Source: Candidatus Methylomirabilia bacterium
GTDB lineage: Bacteria > Methylomirabilota > Methylomirabilia > Rokubacteriales > CSP1-6
Assembly (NCBI GenBank): GCA_041492755.1
Contig: JBGPXN010000026.1
Location: 1 to 38,334 of the forward strand
Length of the DNA stretch: 38,334 nt
Direction: 5' to 3'
The notes under the pieces were generated by a model, which ran no database searches, was not told the DNA's origin, and saw only the letters and a program-made list of their open reading frames with translations. This document shows positions 1 through 8,909 of this stretch, one piece after another. The translations under genes and the position numbers were made by a program. Numbering within the stretch: the stretch's first letter is position 1; the number at the start of each line of letters is the position of its first letter.

Positions 1-96
1 CCGTGGTCTGGGTCTTTGGCGTCGACGACGACGACTGATTCGGGTGGGGCGTCGCGCTTCCAGCAAGCAGGGCACCGCTCAGAGGGTGTGAGGGAG

Positions 97-170
97 TTCG
101 AGGAGCGCCACGGCTCCGCCGGGGCGCTCCGAGCGCTGGGGGGTATGGGGGGCCATATCGGGGCCCCCAT
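97..170. repeat. Intergenic palindromic REP/MITE-like repeat, copy 1
   Basis: TTCGA + hairpin (ggagcgcc..ggcgctcc) + G-run + hairpin (atggggggcc atatcgg ggcccccat); near-identical to 14340-14416. Confidence 0.85.
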
Positions 171-174
171 GTAC

Positions 175-1071
175 TCAGGTTCCGCGTTCCTTCAGCGCCG
201 TGAGCCGCTCACGGGCGAGCGGCGTCTCTTCGGCTTGCGGGAAGTTGTCGACGAGGTACTGCAGGCGTGACAGCGCGAGCGCGGGCTGCTTCAGCTCGAT
301 CAGCGTCAACGCTTCCTTGTAGAGCGCCGTCGGCGTCTTGTCGCTCCGCGGATAGTTCGCGACGACCTTTCGGAACTCCCGCACCGCCTGCTCCAGCGTC
401 TGCGTCACCTGCTCACCCTGGCCTGCGTTCGCGTAGCCGCGGGCCAAGCTGACGTGCGCCTCGCCGATCCAGTACTGCGCGCTGCCGGCGAGCTCGTGCT
501 CGGGGAAGCGGCGCAGGAACTCGCGGAAGCCGGCAACCGCCAGCGAGTAGCTTCCCTTGCTGAAGTCGATGTACGCGGCCTGGTAGATATCTTGAGGTTG
601 TAGCCCTCCCGCTGCCGGCGGCGAGCCTCCCGTGGACGGTCGCGGCGCGGGTGCCCCGGACGGAGGCGCCGTCCGGGCCGGAGCGGGCGCAGGAGCGCGC
701 GGGGCGGCGGAGGCGCGGAGCTCACGAGTCAGCGCTTCCATCCGCGTACCGAGCTCGTCGACCCGGGTCGTGAGGTTGCTGAGCGTGGTGGTCAGCCCGT
801 CGACACGGCGCGCGAGCGCGGTTGCCTGCCGTTCGCTCTCGGCGGATTGCTCGCGCAGCTTGCCGTCGACCTGACCCGGTACGCCCTCCGTCTGCGCGCG
901 CGCCTGCTGCACCGACCGTTGCAACGTCGCGACCTCGTTCCGAAGCTGCAGCAACTCCTGCTGCGACGCCGTCCCGGTGTACTCCGAAACAGTCCCACAC
1001 CCCCCGAGCAGGATCACGAATGACAGGAACGTCAGCCAGCTCGGGATCGGCAGGGGGAATCGTTTCTGCAC
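175..1071 (-). CDS. cpoB: Tol-Pal system lipoprotein CpoB/YbgF (coiled coil + TPR)
   Basis: Lipobox LLGGC, N-terminal coiled coil, Pro/Ala linker, TPR region 'YQAAY..F..G.Y..A..F..FL..FP....A.YWIGE'; last gene of the tol-pal run. Start taken at GTG 1071 (alternative ATG 1122). Confidence 0.88.
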   Translation of the reverse strand: MQKRFPLPIPSWLTFLSFVILLGGCGTVSEYTGTASQQELLQLRNEVATLQRSVQQARAQTEGVPGQVDGKLREQSAESERQATALARRVDGLTTTLSNLTTRVDELGTRMEALTRELRASAAPRAPAPAPARTAPPSGAPAPRPSTGGSPPAAGGLQPQDIYQAAYIDFSKGSYSLAVAGFREFLRRFPEHELAGSAQYWIGEAHVSLARGYANAGQGEQVTQTLEQAVREFRKVVANYPRSDKTPTALYKEALTLIELKQPALALSRLQYLVDNFPQAEETPLARERLTALKERGT

Positions 1072-1078
1072 GTCTTTC

Positions 1079-1174
1079 TTACTCGCTGTTTCGAAGTTAC
1101 TCGCTGTTTCGTGCGCGGGCATCGCCCGCGATCCGTTTGGGGGGCTTACGGGGGGGCCGTCGAGGCCCCCCCGG
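1079..1174. repeat. Intergenic palindromic repeat (divergent copy) preceded by a 15-bp tandem duplication
   Basis: ttactcgctgtttcg at 1079 and 1097; hairpin cgcgggc-atc-gcccgcg; G-run; hairpin gggggggcc-gtcga-ggccccccc next to the pal stop. Confidence 0.7.
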
Positions 1175-1180
1175 TACTCT

Positions 1181-1819
1181 CTACTGCGGTTTGACGAGGA
1201 GCTGCGCGCGCCGGTTCTTGGCCCAGCACGCTTCGTTCTTTTCAGTGCAGACCGGCCGTTCCTCACCGTAGCTGATGACCGTGATACGGCTCGCCTGCAC
1301 GCCCTGCGACACCAGGTAGTTCATCGTCGCCTTCGCCCGGCGCTCGCCGAGGGCAAGGTTGTACTCGTTCGTGCCGCGCTCGTCACAGTGACCTTCGATC
1401 AGCACGAGCTGCGCGGCATTCGTCTTCAGCCACGCCGCGTTGCTGTCGAGGATCTTCGCGTCAGCCGGTCGGACGTCGTACTTGTCGAAGTCGAAGTAGA
1501 TCGGCTTCAACTCCGGAATCGCCCGGAACTCCTTGGGCTCGGGCCTGGCCGCTACGGCCTGGGACGGAGCGCCACCGGGCGCACCGGGCGCCGCGGGCGA
1601 CGTTGGCGCGGCGGCCGCCGGAGCAGCACCGCCTCCACCAGGTCGTGCGGTGGCCGGAGTCGTCGGGGATGTCGGAGGCGTGCTTCCCGTCGTTCCCGCC
1701 GCGCCGGTGGGCGCCGGGGCCGACGCCGCGGTCGTGGCCGGACGCTTTGCGCACGCGGTTAGCACGAGGGTCACCATTATCAGCGTCACCATCGTGACGT
1801 TCCAACAACGGGTTACCAT
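1181..1819 (-). CDS. pal: Peptidoglycan-associated lipoprotein Pal (OmpA-like C-terminal domain)
   Basis: Lipobox LTAC; IYFDFDK, EGHCDERGTNEYNLALGERRA, SYGEERP, KNRR motifs; SD aaggaggg before ATG 1819. Confidence 0.96.
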   Translation of the reverse strand: MVTRCWNVTMVTLIMVTLVLTACAKRPATTAASAPAPTGAAGTTGSTPPTSPTTPATARPGGGGAAPAAAAPTSPAAPGAPGGAPSQAVAARPEPKEFRAIPELKPIYFDFDKYDVRPADAKILDSNAAWLKTNAAQLVLIEGHCDERGTNEYNLALGERRAKATMNYLVSQGVQASRITVISYGEERPVCTEKNEACWAKNRRAQLLVKPQ

Positions 1820-1875
1820 GGTCCCTCCTTTTCGCGCTTGCGATGGCATTCTTGCGCTCTCGCGCGGCCATCGTA

Positions 1876-3204
1876 TCACGGCATTCGCGGCGACCACGAA
1901 GGACTTGTGCGCTCGCCGGTGCCGCGCGTGATCGGGTTCTGCTCCGTTCCGTCCGCCAGCATCGCGAAGATCTGCCAGCCTCCGAGCCGACTGGTCTGGA
2001 AGGCGATGTGCCGTCCGTTCGGCGACCAGCTCGGGCCCTGGTTGTCGCCCGGACCGGCGGTCAGCCGCCGGGCATTCGATCGGTCCGGGTTGACCGCCCA
2101 GATGTCGTGGTTTCCCTGCCGTAGGGTATACAGGATCACGTCTCCGCGCGGCGACCACCGAGGCTGCGTGTTGTGCCCGCTGGTCGTGAGCTGGCGCACG
2201 TTGCCGCCTTCGGCATCCATGACGTAGATCTGGGCCGGGCCCGTGCGATCCGACACGAACGCGATCTCACGCCCGGTCGGCGACCACGACGGCTCGGTGT
2301 CGATGCCGGCGTGTCGGGTCAGCCGCCGGAAGGTCCCCGTCGCGAGGGTCAGGATGTAGACCTCCGGATTGCCGTCCTTGGACAGCGTCAGCGCGAGGTG
2401 GCGGCCGTCCGGGCTCCACGCCGGCGTCGTGTTGATGCCGACGAACGCCGCGAGCGTCTGCTCGGGTCGTCGCTCGAACGGAAAGGCGCGGAACAGATCG
2501 GGGTAGCCGTTCTTGTACGAGGTGAAGGCGAGCGAGCGGGCGTCGGGGCTCCACATCGGCATGAGGTTGATCGATCCGTTGCGCGTGATCGGACGTGACC
2601 CGAATCCGTCGTAGTCGGCGACGAGGACCTCCTTGGCTCCGCGCGGTCCCTGCACGTACGCGATCTTGGAATCCGCGATCCCCATCTCGCCCGTGAACTG
2701 GAGAACGACTTCGTCGGCGATCTTGTGCGCGATGCGGCGCGATTCCGCCGCCGGCAGATCGAAGGTCTTGGTGGCGATCCGGCGGTGATCGGGGGTGGTG
2801 AGGTCGTAGAGACGCATCTCGCCCTGCATGCGATCGCCGCGGACCGAGAGCAGGCCGTGGAGTCCGGCGTGCGCGCCGGCGGCCGCGAAGTCGGTCCACG
2901 ACTGCGTGAGGGCGGTCGGGTTGTTGGCGGCAATGGGCCCGGTGCCGGCCACGACGCTGAACATGCCGGTGAAGGTGAGGTCGGTGCCGGTGACCTGGGC
3001 CAGCAGCTTCGCCGTCCCCGCCGCATCGGGCCCGGCGACGAGCGTGAACTCCGGAATCGCGATGTTGAGCTTCTTGGTGCCGCCCGCGGTGACGTTGAGG
3101 AAGACGTCGACGCCCTGCGCCCGCGGCGCGGGCGCCGGCGGGCCGAGAAGCAGGAGCGCGACGACGAGGACGAGAAGGACGACTCCGACGACCCGGCGCA
3201 GCAT
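1876..3204 (-). CDS. tolB: TolB beta-propeller protein
   Basis: Signal peptide, TolB N-domain (IAIPEF...AHKIADEV), multiple PD40 'P.WSPDG' repeats; ATG 3204. Confidence 0.95.
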   Translation of the reverse strand: MLRRVVGVVLLVLVVALLLLGPPAPAPRAQGVDVFLNVTAGGTKKLNIAIPEFTLVAGPDAAGTAKLLAQVTGTDLTFTGMFSVVAGTGPIAANNPTALTQSWTDFAAAGAHAGLHGLLSVRGDRMQGEMRLYDLTTPDHRRIATKTFDLPAAESRRIAHKIADEVVLQFTGEMGIADSKIAYVQGPRGAKEVLVADYDGFGSRPITRNGSINLMPMWSPDARSLAFTSYKNGYPDLFRAFPFERRPEQTLAAFVGINTTPAWSPDGRHLALTLSKDGNPEVYILTLATGTFRRLTRHAGIDTEPSWSPTGREIAFVSDRTGPAQIYVMDAEGGNVRQLTTSGHNTQPRWSPRGDVILYTLRQGNHDIWAVNPDRSNARRLTAGPGDNQGPSWSPNGRHIAFQTSRLGGWQIFAMLADGTEQNPITRGTGERTSPSWSPRMP

Positions 3205-3208
3205 CGTT

Positions 3209-4048
3209 CTACCCCCGATCGCGAACAGCGAAGCCAAGGTGGACACGCAGCGGCGGCTCCTTGAATTCGGGTGGGAGTGGTGGGAACGGATTCGCCTCCA
3301 TGATGGCCCGCACGGCGGCCTGATCGTAGACCGGGTCGCCCGACGTCTTCTCGATCGACACGCGGCGGACCTGGCCGTCGGGGCTGATCTCGAAGATCGC
3401 GACGGCTTCCTGGCCCTCACGGCTGCCGGTGGGTCGTCGCCACGAGCTCTGGATCTTCCGCTCGATGACCTGGAGGTACCACGCGAACGGAAAGTCAGCC
3501 ACGCTGAGGCTCACCCGGCCGGTGCCTTGGGGTGAGCCACCCGGTCGGCCGAGCGGTGGCGGCGGTGGCGGCGCCACCACCGGTTTCGCGGCGGTCGCGA
3601 CGGCCGGCGGAAGCTCGCGCTCGGGCGGCCGTGGCAGCTCCTTGTCCCCCGCGCGTGGAATCGCGGGCGCCCGCGGCGGCATCGCGCGCTCGGGCAGGCG
3701 CGCCGGCGGGTCCGGGCGCGGCAACTCGCGCGTCGCCTCGCGCTGTGGCAGGTCGGTGGGCGAGGTGCGGGGGGACGGGGGAGGGGGCTCGGTCGGGCGC
3801 GAGGGGAGCGATGGCGTCGCGCGGCTCTGAGGCGCGCCGAGGGCGGCCACCGAGGGTACGAGGTTCACGACGTACGTTTTCGGCTGACTCGCGCGCCACG
3901 CGGCCGCGCCCGCCCACAGCCCGACGATGACCGCGACGTGGGCGACGGCCGACAGCGCCAGCGGGCCGAAGGGGAGGCGCCCACGGCGAAGGGCCGGACC
4001 GAGAATCGGCCGGGAACGCAAGGAGAGCGCTACCACAGCCGTGGCCAC
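3209..4048 (-). CDS. tolA: TolA/TonB-family energy transducer
   Basis: N-terminal TM with S-x3-H (SAVAH), Pro-rich linker, C-terminal 'Y...I..KI...W..P...SG...YD.AA.RAI..A.PFPPLP'; lies between tolR and tolB. Confidence 0.85.
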   Translation of the reverse strand: MATAVVALSLRSRPILGPALRRGRLPFGPLALSAVAHVAVIVGLWAGAAAWRASQPKTYVVNLVPSVAALGAPQSRATPSLPSRPTEPPPPSPRTSPTDLPQREATRELPRPDPPARLPERAMPPRAPAIPRAGDKELPRPPERELPPAVATAAKPVVAPPPPPPLGRPGGSPQGTGRVSLSVADFPFAWYLQVIERKIQSSWRRPTGSREGQEAVAIFEISPDGQVRRVSIEKTSGDPVYDQAAVRAIMEANPFPPLPPEFKEPPLRVHLGFAVRDRG

Positions 4049-4049
4049 A

Positions 4050-4478
4050 CTACCGCTCCCGCGTGGGCTCCGTCACCATGCCCAGGCGCTCGATACCGGC
4101 GCGGCGGACCCGGTCCATCGTCTCCACCACCGCGCCGTACGAGAGCCCGGCATCGGCCTTGAGATAGAGCGTCTTGTCCGTGCGGTTCTTGAGCGCATCG
4201 CGGAGTGCCTGCTCGAGTCCCGCCGGCGTGAGCCGCTTTTCGTTGAGGTACAGGGCCTGGTCCTTGGTCACGGTGAGGACCATGCGCTCCTCGACCGCCG
4301 TCGGCTTGGCGGCGGCGCGCGGCAGGTTCACGTCGATGCCCTGGTACATCATCGGCGCGGTCAGCATGAAGATGAGCAGGAGCACGAGCACGACGTCGAC
4401 GAGCGGGATGATGTTGATCTCGGCCAGCGTGGCGCCGACGCGATCGCGCCCGCTGGTGGGCGCCGGATTAAATGCCAT
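4050..4478 (-). CDS. tolR: TolR/ExbD biopolymer transport protein
   Basis: EINIIPLVDVVLVLLLIFM, VNLP, L.AD..L.YG motifs. Confidence 0.94.
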   Translation of the reverse strand: MAFNPAPTSGRDRVGATLAEINIIPLVDVVLVLLLIFMLTAPMMYQGIDVNLPRAAAKPTAVEERMVLTVTKDQALYLNEKRLTPAGLEQALRDALKNRTDKTLYLKADAGLSYGAVVETMDRVRRAGIERLGMVTEPTRER

Positions 4479-5199
4479 CTTTCGCCTGCCGCGCCGGCTT
4501 CGCCGCCGTGGGCCGGCTGAGCAAATTCAGAAGGTCGAGCGTGAAGCCGTCCATCTCCGCCGCCCAGTGCTTCACGCGATTGACGAAGTAGTTGTAGCCG
4601 ATGACCGCGGGAATGGCGGCGGCGAGTCCGAACGCCGTCGCGATCAGCGCCTCGGAAATGCCGGGCGCGACGACGGCGAGGCTGGCCGATCCGCGCTGGC
4701 CGATGCCATGGAAGGCGGACATGATGCCCCACACGGTGCCGAACAGGCCGATGAACGGCGTCGCGCTCGCGGTGGTGGCGAGGAAGGGCAGATACCGCTC
4801 GAGCCGCGCGACCTCGTGGGTGGAGCTGCGGCGCAACGCACGATGCGCGCTTTCCACGCGCTCGGGAGCCAGGCCGTCCTCGACGTCGTGCAACACCTGG
4901 TCGACCACGTCCGGGATTCCGGCGACTTCCTGGTACGCCGACGCGTACAGATTCGCCAGCGGGCTTTCGCGCCACTTCTTCGCCGCCGAATAGACGGTGG
5001 CCGGCGTGCGGCCTTCCCGGAAGAGCCTGAGGAAGGCCAGCGTCTGACGGCGCACGCGGCGGAACAGCCACCACTTCTCGACGATGAGCGCCCAGCTCAC
5101 GATCGAGAAGATGCCGAGGATGGCGAGGACGGTCTTGCCGACCGGGCCGGCATTGAGGATGAGGTCGAGGACACCGTTGGTCAGGGTGTCGTTGGCCAC
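4468..5199 (-). CDS. tolQ: TolQ (MotA/TolQ/ExbB proton channel)
   Basis: FLAT.AS.TPFIGLFGTVWGIM..F, VAPGISEALIATAFGL.AAIPAV..YN. Confidence 0.95.
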   Translation of the reverse strand: MANDTLTNGVLDLILNAGPVGKTVLAILGIFSIVSWALIVEKWWLFRRVRRQTLAFLRLFREGRTPATVYSAAKKWRESPLANLYASAYQEVAGIPDVVDQVLHDVEDGLAPERVESAHRALRRSSTHEVARLERYLPFLATTASATPFIGLFGTVWGIMSAFHGIGQRGSASLAVVAPGISEALIATAFGLAAAIPAVIGYNYFVNRVKHWAAEMDGFTLDLLNLLSRPTAAKPARQAKDGI

Positions 5200-5240
5200 G
5201 CAGGCTCCTTGCGGGTTGAGTTCTTCGTGCGGTTAGACCG

Positions 5241-5270
5241 ATGATACCCAGCGCCTTCGCGCCGTGTCAA
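5241..5270 (-). promoter_or_regulatory. Sigma70-type promoter for the tol-pal operon
   Basis: Minus strand TTGACA (5270-5265), 18-nt spacer, TATCAT (5246-5241). Confidence 0.65.
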
Positions 5271-5295
5271 CAAAATCGCCCGAAAAATCGGGCGC

Positions 5296-5337
5296 TTCGT
5301 TGACTTTTCCCGTCGACGTTCGTTGACTTTTCCCGTC
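5296..5337. repeat. Perfect 19-bp direct repeat, period 23 bp
   Basis: ttcgttgacttttcccgtc at 5296-5314 and 5319-5337. Confidence 0.9.
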
Positions 5338-5352
5338 TGCCGTTCGTATAAC
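5323..5352 (+). promoter_or_regulatory. Sigma70-type promoter for the LolA-like gene
   Basis: TTGACT (5323-5328), 18-nt spacer, TATAAC (5347-5352); ATG at 5359. Confidence 0.6.
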
Positions 5353-5358
5353 GGAGCG

Positions 5359-6180
5359 ATGCTCGGGCTCGTTCCCCCGGGATGGCCCAGGTTCGCGGGC
5401 GCGGCGTGGCGACGGCTCGGCGTCTTCGCCTCCGGAGTCGCCTGTCTCGTTACCCTCTCGGTCTCCCCGACCCTCTCCGTCTCCGCGGCCGGCGCGATCG
5501 ATGCCCGCCGGGCGGTGGAAGCGTTCGTCAACCGCCTCGCGGGCGCCCAGATCAATGACGTCACGATCCAGCAAACGGTGACGCTCTACCATCCCGACGG
5601 CCGCTTCCCGCAGTCGACCGGCGAGCAGACGCTGATCATCAAGCTGCCCGCGCGACAGCGCGTCGAGCAAATGCTCGAGGGCAAGCGCGAGGTGAGGCTC
5701 ACCATCGGCGACCGGACGTGGGTGCGCCGCAGCGACGGCACGGTGGCCGAGACCGGCAGCGAGCGCGACCGTACGCGCGTCCTGGTGCCGGCGGCGCGAA
5801 GCGGGCCAGCGCTGCTGAGCGAGTGGCGCGCGCTCGGGATCCGCGAGGAGGTCACGTCGTCGGCGCGTCTTCGCGGCCGGGTGGTCACGGTGATCGGCGC
5901 CGAAAGTGGCGACCGCACGAGCCCGGCGGTCTGGCTCGATCCGGAGTATGGCGTGGTGCGGCTGGTGGCGAAGGAGCGGCTCGCGGGCGGGTCGGCCTCG
6001 CTCGTCGACCTGACGTTCTCCGAGCATCGTCCGCTCCAGGCCGGCTTCTACTTCCCGCATCGCCAGGAGGCGTTCGCGGACGGACGGCTGCTGCTGCTCA
6101 TCACCGTGCGCTCGGTGACGCTCAACACGAACCCGCCGGACGGCCTGTTCGATCCGGCCACGCTCCGCCGCGAACGCTGA
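5359..6180 (+). CDS. Exported LolA-fold-like / lipoprotein-sorting-type hypothetical protein
   Basis: Signal-like N-terminus, beta-rich body, 'VWLDPE..V.R', ends 'N..P.D.LF.P' as LolA-superfamily proteins do. Confidence 0.55.
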   Translation: MLGLVPPGWPRFAGAAWRRLGVFASGVACLVTLSVSPTLSVSAAGAIDARRAVEAFVNRLAGAQINDVTIQQTVTLYHPDGRFPQSTGEQTLIIKLPARQRVEQMLEGKREVRLTIGDRTWVRRSDGTVAETGSERDRTRVLVPAARSGPALLSEWRALGIREEVTSSARLRGRVVTVIGAESGDRTSPAVWLDPEYGVVRLVAKERLAGGSASLVDLTFSEHRPLQAGFYFPHRQEAFADGRLLLLITVRSVTLNTNPPDGLFDPATLRRER

Positions 6181-6965
6181 GCCGGTTCATCTTCCTCGGC
6201 ACGTCGGGTGCCGTCCCGTCCGCGCAGCGCGACACGACCTCGCTCGTGTTCGAAACGCCGGGGGCGATGGTCCTGGTGGACTGCGGCGGCAGCCCGATCG
6301 GACGGCTGCGCCAGGCCGGTCTGGATCCGCGCGGCCTGACGCATGTCGTGGTGACGCATCTCCATCCCGACCACTCTTACGGCTTGCCGTCGCTGCTCCA
6401 GAATTTGCGGCTGCTTCGGCGCCGCGATCCGCTGCCCGTGCTGTGCCGACCGGAGCACGTCGATCCGCTCCGTCAGATTCTCGCGCTCTTCGGCATCGTC
6501 GACCGGCCGGGCACGTTCCCCGTCGCCTTCACCGGGATCGATCTCGCCCCCGGGGCGCGGGCGTTCACGGCGGGAGCGCTCACGGTGACGACCGCGTCCA
6601 ACGCCCACGGCACGATGCCGAACTTCGCCCTCCGCGCCGACCTGGCCGGCGCCGGCACCGTCGTGTATTCCTCCGACACCGAGCCGGCCGACTCCGTCGT
6701 CGCCCTCGCGCGCGGCGCGCACACGCTGATCCACGAGGCGACCTTCCCGCATCGCGACCGCGGCCGCTTCGGCCACCATTCGACGGCGCAGGAGGCGGGC
6801 GAGATCGCGGCCCGCGCGGGCGTTCGCCGGCTCATCCTCACCCACGTGGACGCGGACTACCACGACGAAATGGAGGCGCTCGCGGACGAAGCCGGCCAGG
6901 CGTTCGGCCATCCCGTCGACGTCGCCCGCGAGCTCGGCGCCTATGCCTGGCCGCCGGCGATCTGA
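6177..6965 (+). CDS. MBL-fold metallo-hydrolase, RNase Z-like
   Basis: FLGTSGAVP, LVDCG, THLHPDH, YSSDT, LIHEATF, HST, LILTH; start probably CTG overlapping the upstream TGA. Confidence 0.85.
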   Translation: MSRFIFLGTSGAVPSAQRDTTSLVFETPGAMVLVDCGGSPIGRLRQAGLDPRGLTHVVVTHLHPDHSYGLPSLLQNLRLLRRRDPLPVLCRPEHVDPLRQILALFGIVDRPGTFPVAFTGIDLAPGARAFTAGALTVTTASNAHGTMPNFALRADLAGAGTVVYSSDTEPADSVVALARGAHTLIHEATFPHRDRGRFGHHSTAQEAGEIAARAGVRRLILTHVDADYHDEMEALADEAGQAFGHPVDVARELGAYAWPPAI

Positions 6966-7093
6966 CGCGCGAACGCGCGAGCTTCGTGTCGTCTCCGACG
7001 AGGCCGTCCTGGCCGGTCACCCCAATCGGCGAATTCCCTACGGGCAAGGAGGTGCCGCGCGCGCACGATCTGGCGCGGCGGTCCGGCACGGGC

Positions 7094-7672
7094 TCACGCG
7101 CGCGAGACGAAGGCGCTGTCCCGCACCCAGAAGCGTAGTGGCAACTCGACTGCACGCGTGATGCCCACGCGCGGCCCCACGCCGGTTCGGAAGGCGCACG
7201 GCGTGTCGGGGGCGTCGATACGGAGGGCGCCGCGCGTGAGATCCGCGCCATCGTCGCGTCCGGTGATGCCGAGCGCTTCGGTCAGCTTCGCGGGGCCGCT
7301 GGTGAGACGCCGGACGTCGGCAAGACCCGCGCGCCGGCGCGCCATCGCGCGGAGCCCGGCGACGGGCTCGAGCGCGCGGATGAGCACACACCCCGGCCGG
7401 CCCGCCGCGCCCGTGATCGCGTTCAGACACCAGTGCAAGCCGTAGATCCGGTACACGTATGCGTGGCCGCCTTCACGATAGAACGTCTCGCGGGCAGCAT
7501 GGGGGCGGATCGCGGCGTGGGAGGCGGCATCCTCGGGGCCCAGGTACGCCTCGGTCTCGACGATGCGGCCGGCGGTCAGCGTGTCGCGGATGCGCGAGAC
7601 GAGGATGCAGCCGAGCAGATCGCGCGCCACGGTTCGCGCCGGGCGTAGATAGAACTGGCGCGGGAGCGGCAC
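7094..7672 (-). CDS. mpg: DNA-3-methyladenine glycosylase (MPG/AAG family)
   Basis: VARDLLG, GRIVETEAY.G..D.ASH, YVY.IYG.H.CLN, VLIRALEP, GP.KL..ALGI, GPRVGI. Confidence 0.95.
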   Translation of the reverse strand: MPLPRQFYLRPARTVARDLLGCILVSRIRDTLTAGRIVETEAYLGPEDAASHAAIRPHAARETFYREGGHAYVYRIYGLHWCLNAITGAAGRPGCVLIRALEPVAGLRAMARRRAGLADVRRLTSGPAKLTEALGITGRDDGADLTRGALRIDAPDTPCAFRTGVGPRVGITRAVELPLRFWVRDSAFVSRA

Positions 7673-7685
7673 CGTGTCGCGGTCG

Positions 7686-8909
7686 TCAGGCGCCGAGGCG
7701 CTCGTGGACCAGCCGGCGCAGTGACGCGGCGTCGAACGCCGTCCCCGTCCGGCTCGGGACCTCGGCCTCCGTCTTCAATCCGGTCTCGCTGACGATCGCG
7801 CAGATCGTCTGCTCGGCGTCCAGTCGTTTCTCGGCAAGCAGCCGCTCCAGCACGGCCAGCGTCGCCACGCCGGTGGGCCCTGCCCAGATGCCTTCGGTGC
7901 GCGCGAGCCGTCGCTGCGCGGCCAGGATCGCCTCGTCCTCGGCGTCGCCGGCGAGCCCACCGCCCTCGTGGAGCAGGCGCAGCACCCAGTCGCCCTTGCG
8001 TCCGGGATTGCCGGCGGCGAGACCCTCGGCGACCGTGTAGCCGATCGCGAGCGGCGTGATGCTACCGCCGGCGCGAAAGGCACGCACGACGGCGTTGGCG
8101 CGCGCGGCCTGCGCCGCCACCAGCGTCGGCACCCGCGGAATCAGTCCGGCCGTGTGGAGCTCGCGGAACCCGCGCGCAGTCGCGATGAACGTCTCGCCGA
8201 CCGCCACCGGCGCGATCACCACGTCGGGCGGCGCGAAGCCCGTCTGCTCGGCGATCTCGTACGCGAGCGTCTTCTTGCCTTCCTGCTTGTAGGCGTTGCG
8301 CGAGGCGCCGCAGTCGAAGAACAGGCCGTCCTCCACGAGCGCGTCCCACAGCCCGATGAGATCGTCGTACACGCCCCGGTAGATCACGAGATCGGAGGCG
8401 GTGGCCGCCATGTGCAGCATCTTGGGGGCGGACGCGCGCGCGTAGGCGAAGATCAGCGAGCGGAGTCCGGCGCGCGCCGAATACGCGGCGACCGACGAGC
8501 CTGCGTTGCCGGAGCTGACCACCGACGTCGCGCGGTAACCGAACTGGAGCGCGGCCGACACCGCGGTCGCCGACGAGCGGTCCTTCACGGTCCCGGTCGG
8601 ATTCGGGCCGTCGAATTTGATCAGCAGCCGGCGCACGCCGAGGCCGGCGGCGAGTCGCCGGCACTCGAGCAGCGGGGTGCCGCCCTCGCCGAGCGTCACG
8701 CGATGGGCGGGATCGGGGATCGGGAGCACCGCGGCGTAGCGCCAGAGGCCGGTGCCGGAGAAGAGGGAAGGGCCGCCCGCGGCGAGCCGGTCGAGATCGT
8801 ACTGGAGCTCGAGCAGCCCCTGGCACTTCCCGCACTGCAGGCGATAGGTCAGGGGGAAGGTCGCGCCGCATTCGACGCAGGCGAGATGCCGGACGAGCGA
8901 CGTGGTCAT
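7686..8909 (-). CDS. PLP-dependent threonine synthase-like protein
   Basis: N-terminal CxxC/CxxC, LGEG.TPL, NPTGTVKDR (PLP lysine), SSGNAG, EGKKT.AYEI.EQ. Confidence 0.85.
   Translation of the reverse strand: MTTSLVRHLACVECGATFPLTYRLQCGKCQGLLELQYDLDRLAAGGPSLFSGTGLWRYAAVLPIPDPAHRVTLGEGGTPLLECRRLAAGLGVRRLLIKFDGPNPTGTVKDRSSATAVSAALQFGYRATSVVSSGNAGSSVAAYSARAGLRSLIFAYARASAPKMLHMAATASDLVIYRGVYDDLIGLWDALVEDGLFFDCGASRNAYKQEGKKTLAYEIAEQTGFAPPDVVIAPVAVGETFIATARGFRELHTAGLIPRVPTLVAAQAARANAVVRAFRAGGSITPLAIGYTVAEGLAAGNPGRKGDWVLRLLHEGGGLAGDAEDEAILAAQRRLARTEGIWAGPTGVATLAVLERLLAEKRLDAEQTICAIVSETGLKTEAEVPSRTGTAFDAASLRRLVHERLGA

Noticed and set aside
1..96. Possible start of a further minus-strand gene after cpoB
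   Set aside because: Too little sequence to choose a frame or product
5718..6176. N-terminal extension of the RNase Z-like ORF; similar over-long ORF-track starts for pal, tolB, thyX, PaaI, LarA-like, HAD and VOC-like genes
   Set aside because: The extensions overlap neighbouring genes or repeats and are low-complexity Arg/Ala/Gly; SD-supported or coupled starts lie downstream
6995..7020. Hammerhead-like look (ccgacgag-gcc..ggc-cggtc)
   Set aside because: The required CUGA and GAAA core nucleotides are absent
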